Shown here piece after piece: positions 59,529 to 64,000 of a stretch of 64,000 nt of DNA; position 1 is the first letter of the stretch, and each line of letters starts with the position of its first letter. The DNA is from Macrostomum lignano (lineage: Eukaryota): contig NIVC01000135.1 in the NCBI GenBank assembly GCA_002269645.1, positions 293,334 through 357,333 on the forward strand, written 5' to 3'. The position numbers were made by a program, and so were the translations under genes. Under the pieces are notes generated by a model that worked only from the letters and a program-made list of their open reading frames with translations, was not told the origin of the DNA and searched no databases.

Positions 59529-62500
59529 CATTTCGACAACTCCTCCTTGAATAGTGCCAACTCAGCGTTGAAACTTATATGGGAAGATTGGAAATTATCC
59601 GAGGTCGGCTATAGGCTATTTTAATTCTGAAATTTTAATTTCTAAGATCCTCAAAAAGCAGAAAACTTGAATCTTGACCTTTGATAATCTTAATTGTCCC
59701 CTCTTTCTGCTTGGAGCTGAAAAAATGCACGAATTTTTAGTGATTGCGCCACAACTTTTCCCTATCTCTGTAGTGTATTTTCTTTCCAGTGGGGGTTGGG
59801 AGCGTTCTCAGTGGCTGCGTGTGTACACTTGGACCCTGGCTCACTGGCTGACTGTATAGATAATTGCGCAATGATATGGCTACTGATAAGTTTTCCTGCC
59901 TTTCAATGGGCAGCCCTGTGTATTTGTTGGACATTGAAATTCAATGCATCAACTTGCAAGCAGGCAGTCAACGTACACTCGATACTTCAATGCAATAAAT
60001 CAGACAGTTTTAAACGCTAACTGTTCCTCGAGTTTTAAACTTTGATAGGAGAAACTGATATTGCTGGAAAGATCTTGCAACGCTGAGTTCGGGGATATAA
60101 GTTGTTTGCTTTAAATATGAAAAGAAAAAGCACAGCATTTAAAAAACTATTTCCATACTTTTAACTTGCTGCAAAGATTGTACTCAGTTTTGCGAGACGT
60201 AATAGATAAAGCTGGGGGGAGGGTTCAACTTCTCACTGCTGCTGTGTATTGGAGGGTTGATTTAGATTGCGCAATGCTTTTGTTAACTTTAACTGAGACT
60301 GATACTGACTGACTGTGAAATCGGTTGCGCAATGAATTGATTCAATTAGTTCAATCAGTTGTCTTTTAACACGATGCTGTGCGTAGTTCTAACCCTAACC
60401 CTAACCCTAACCAATGAATCCGGAGAGTTAAGTTGTTTGACGGAAAAAATTCGATTAAGTCCAGTTTAGCGGAGACGATTTCAATGTTTTAATTTTGACG
60501 GAGAGGATTTCTGTTTCGTGGAGAGGATTTCGATGGTGTTCAGTTTCACGGAGAGGATTTCGATGGTTTTCAGTTGTACGGACAGGATTTTTCTGCTTCG
60601 CGGAGAGGATCTTGATGGATTTGGCATCTTCAATTAGTCAGAGAAGAGAGTAAAGAGAAGAATGAAAAGAGAAGAGAGATGAGATGATAGAAAACAGAGT
60701 AGAAATGAGTGGAGAGATTAGACATGACAGATGGGAGAGAAGAGGGGAGTAAGGCGGGAACGAAGGAGAGAGAAGAGAAGAGGAGAGAGGAGATGAAGGA
60801 AGAGGATATGAGAGAGAAGATATGAGATAGAAGAGAGGAGACAGGACAGAGAAGAAAAGAGGGATAAGAGCGCACAGAGGCAATAGAAGAGAGGAAAGAG
60901 AGGAGAGAGGTGAGAGTTGAGAGGAGAGAGATGAAAGATCAGAGATCAGAGATTTGAGAGAAGAAAGTAGTGAGGAGAAAGAAGAGGGTAAAGATGAGAG
61001 TGCAGAGAGGAGAGAAACGAGAGGAGACAGGTGGTAGAAAGGAGTGTAAAAACAGGAGATAAGAAAGGAGAGAGTGAGAGTGAGAGCATATAGGAAAGTG
61101 TAAAAGGGGAGCAGAGTAGAGAGAATAGATAAGTGAGTAGAGAAGAGATATGAGAGAGGAGAGACGAGGGAGAGAGGAGACAGGAGAGAGTAAATTTGAA
61201 AGACCTGGGAGAAGAGATAAATAAGATAGTACAGATGAGAGGAGAGAGATGAGAGATGCAAATAGAAAAGAGATAAGTGAGAAAAGAGAGAGAGAGAGAT
61301 TTGAGAAGAGAGGGGAAAAGATGAGGAGGAGAAAGGAAAGGAGAAGAAAAAATGGAGAGGAGAAGAAAAGAAAGGTGACAAGAGACGTAGTAAGGAGGGC
61401 AGAAAGATGGAAGATAAGAAAGGAGAGGGTGATATGAAAGATATGAGATATGAGAAATGAGAGCAGAGACATGAGAGTCCGAGTCTGGACAATGCCAGTG
61501 AGTTTTTTGCAAATAGGGAAAAACAAGATATCAAGTCATGGAATTTCAGCTGATGGAGTTCTTCCCCTTCAGAATTCCAGTGATGGGAGTTCTCCCCTTT
61601 CTCCTCCAGAGGAGGAGTTCCACTCGTATATACTAAAGTTGACGCGTTGTTTGTCTGTCTGTGTGTCATTTCGACAACTCCTCCTTGAATAGTGCCAACT
61701 CAGCGTTGAAACTTATATAGGAAGATTGGAAATTATCCGAGGTCGGCTATAGGCTATTTTAATTCTGAAATTTTAATTTCTAAGATCCTCAAAAAAGCAG
61801 AAAACGGCGGTCTTGACCTTTAATAATCTTAATTGTCCCCTCTTTCTGCTTGGAGCTGAAAAATGCATGAATTTTTAGTGATTGCGCCACAACTTTTCCC
61901 TATCTCTGTAGTGTATTTTCTTTCCAGTGGGGGGTGGGAGCGTTCTCAGTGGCTGCGTGTGTACACTTGGACCCTGGCTCACTGGCTGACTTTATAGATA
62001 ATTGCGCAATGATATGGCTACTGATAAGTTTTCCTGCCTTTCAAATGGCAGTCCTGTGTATTTGTTGGACATTGAAATTCAATGCATCAACTTCAAGCAG
62101 GCAGTGAACGTACAACTCGATACTTCAATGCTATAAATCAGACAGTTTCAAACGCTAACTGTTCCTCGAGTTTTAAACTTTTGAGAGGAGAAACTTATAT
62201 TGCTGGCAAGATCTTGCAACGCTGAGTTCGGGGATATAAGTTGTTTGCTTTAAATATGAAAAGAAAAAGCACAGCTTTAACTTTCTGCAAAGATTGTACT
62301 TTAATCTGCAAAGATTGTTGGGGGGAGGGTTCAACTTCTCACTGCTGCTGTGTATTGGAGGGTCGATTTAGATTGCGCAATGTTTTGTTAACTTTACCTG
62401 AGGCTGATACTGACTGACTGTGAAATCGGTTGCGCAATGAATTGATACAATTAGTTCAATATTTTTATCTGTGCCTTTTAACACGAAGCTGTGCGTAGTT

Positions 62501-64000
62501 CTAACCCTAACCCTAACCCTAACCCTAACCCTAATGAATCTGGCGAGTTGAGTTGTTTGACGGAAAAAATTCGATTAAGTCAAGTTTAGCGGAGACGATT
62601 TCAATGTTTAAATTCTGACGGAGAAGATTTCTGTTTCGTGGAGAGGATTTCGATGATGTTCAGTTTCACGAAAGGATTTCCATGGTGTTCAGTTTCACGG
62701 AGAGGATTTCGATCATGTTCAGCTTCACGGAAGAGGCTTTCTGTTTCGCGGAGATAATTTATGATTGATTTCTGTTTTATGGAAACAATTTTGATGGATT
62801 TAAGTTTCAAGGAGAGGATTTCGAAGGAGTCCAGTTTCACTGAGAGGATTTCGATGGTTTTTAGTTGCACAGACAGGATTTTTGCTTCGCGGAGAGGATC
62901 TTGATGGATTTGGCATCTTCAATCAGTCAGAGAAGAGAGTAAAGAGAAGACTGAAAAGAGAAGAGAGAAGAGATGATAGAAAACAGAGTATAATTGAGTG
63001 GAGAGATTAGACATGACAGATTGGAGATGATAGGAGAGAGAATAGATGAGGGATAAGAGCGTACAGAGGCAATAGAAGAGAGGGGAGAGTAGAGGAGAAA
63101 GAAAGAGTGAGATGAGGAGATGAGGGATGAGAGAGGAGGGGAGAGAGGAGACAGGAGAGAGTACAGACGAAAGACTAGGGAGAAGATATAAATAAGGTAG
63201 TAAAGATGAGAGGAGAGAGAGAGAGAGAAGCGAAAGGAGAAAGAGTGAGGAGAGAGGAGAGAGATGAAAGGAGCAAGGAAAGGAGAAAAGAGAGAATGGA
63301 GAGAATAGAAAAGAGAGAAAGAAGAGACAGGGGATAGTGAAAGGAGGAAGAAAGATGGGAGACAAGAAAGTAGTGTCAGAGCGTATATGAAATATGAGAA
63401 ATGAGAGCAGAGAAAGAGAAAAGAGAAGAGAGAGAGAGGGTTAAGAGAGACGATAGATAAGTGAGTAGAGATGACATATGAGAGAGGAGAGAAGAGGAGA
63501 GATAAGAGAAGAGAGGAGACAGAAGACAGGAGAAGGTACAGACGAAAGACGAGGGAGAAGAGATAAATAAGGGAGCAGGGGTAGAGATGAGATGAGAGAG
63601 AGAAGAGAGATATGAGAGACTTGAGAGTCTTTGAGCTATGGTCTTTGAAAGATTTTGTAAAGAATTTGGAGACGATTTGGAAGATAGGGTTAAAGACATG
63701 GAATTTCAGTTGATGGATATTCAGGGAATAGAATTCCGGTGATGGGAGTTCTTCCCCTTTCTCCTCCGAAGGAGGAGTTCCACTCGTATATACTAAAGTT
63801 GACGCGTTGTTTGTCTGTTGTCTGTCATTTCGACAACTCCTCCTTGAATAGTGGCAACTCAGCGTTGAAACTTATATGGAAGATTGGAAAATTATCCGAG
63901 GTCGCTATAGGCTATTTTAATTCTGAAATTTTAATTTCTAAGATCCTCAAAAAAGCAGAAAACGGCGGTCTTGACCTTTGATAATCTTAATTGTCCCCTC
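53483..64000 (+). repeat. Second head-to-tail array of non-autonomous Helitron-like units (2.2-3.0 kb), running off the window
   Basis: Junctions at 53483, 56484, 59465, 61627 and 63787 with the same hairpin+CTCG / TATATACTAAAGTTGACGCG structure; (CCCTAA)n tracts and GA-rich blocks in each complete unit. Confidence 0.75.

Noticed and set aside
28515-63699. Long Leu/Ser/Phe-rich minus-strand ORFs (up to 343 aa) and Arg/Glu-rich plus-strand ORFs in GA blocks
   Set aside because: Polypyrimidine sequence lacks stop codons by composition; frames are not conserved between homologous blocks.

Overview
Eukaryotic DNA made almost entirely of mobile elements, with no clear host gene. Spliceosomal GT-AG/GC-AG introns and TTAGGG-type repeats suggest an animal; the species cannot be fixed from the sequence. 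(1) 3558-13263: a compact 9.7 kb Polinton/Maverick-like element with ~670 bp imperfect TIRs and a 6 bp TSD (AGGGAT). It encodes only three genes: a 6-exon protein-primed PolB (~1261 aa, minus strand), a tandem PC4-like protein and an unknown acidic protein. No integrase, capsid, ATPase or adenain protease is visible. (2) 14465-25232: a young full-length Ty3/Gypsy LTR retrotransposon on the minus strand, with 900 bp near-identical LTRs, GATG TSD, tRNA-Lys PBS, PPT, gag and pol. Its 3' region carries a stand-alone J-domain (DnaJ, HPD) ORF and an unknown acidic ORF. (3) 42691-53482: a Helitron with a 9-exon Rep/Pif1 helicase gene and a coiled-coil cargo gene. It is embedded in long head-to-tail arrays (1-1192, 25823-42690, 53483-64000) of 1.2-3 kb non-autonomous units that share its termini. 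Most units carry a short (CCCTAA)n tract and a minisatellite, and many also carry polypurine blocks. Exon structures, frameshifts and family assignments were worked out by eye from motifs and splice signals, not from database searches.
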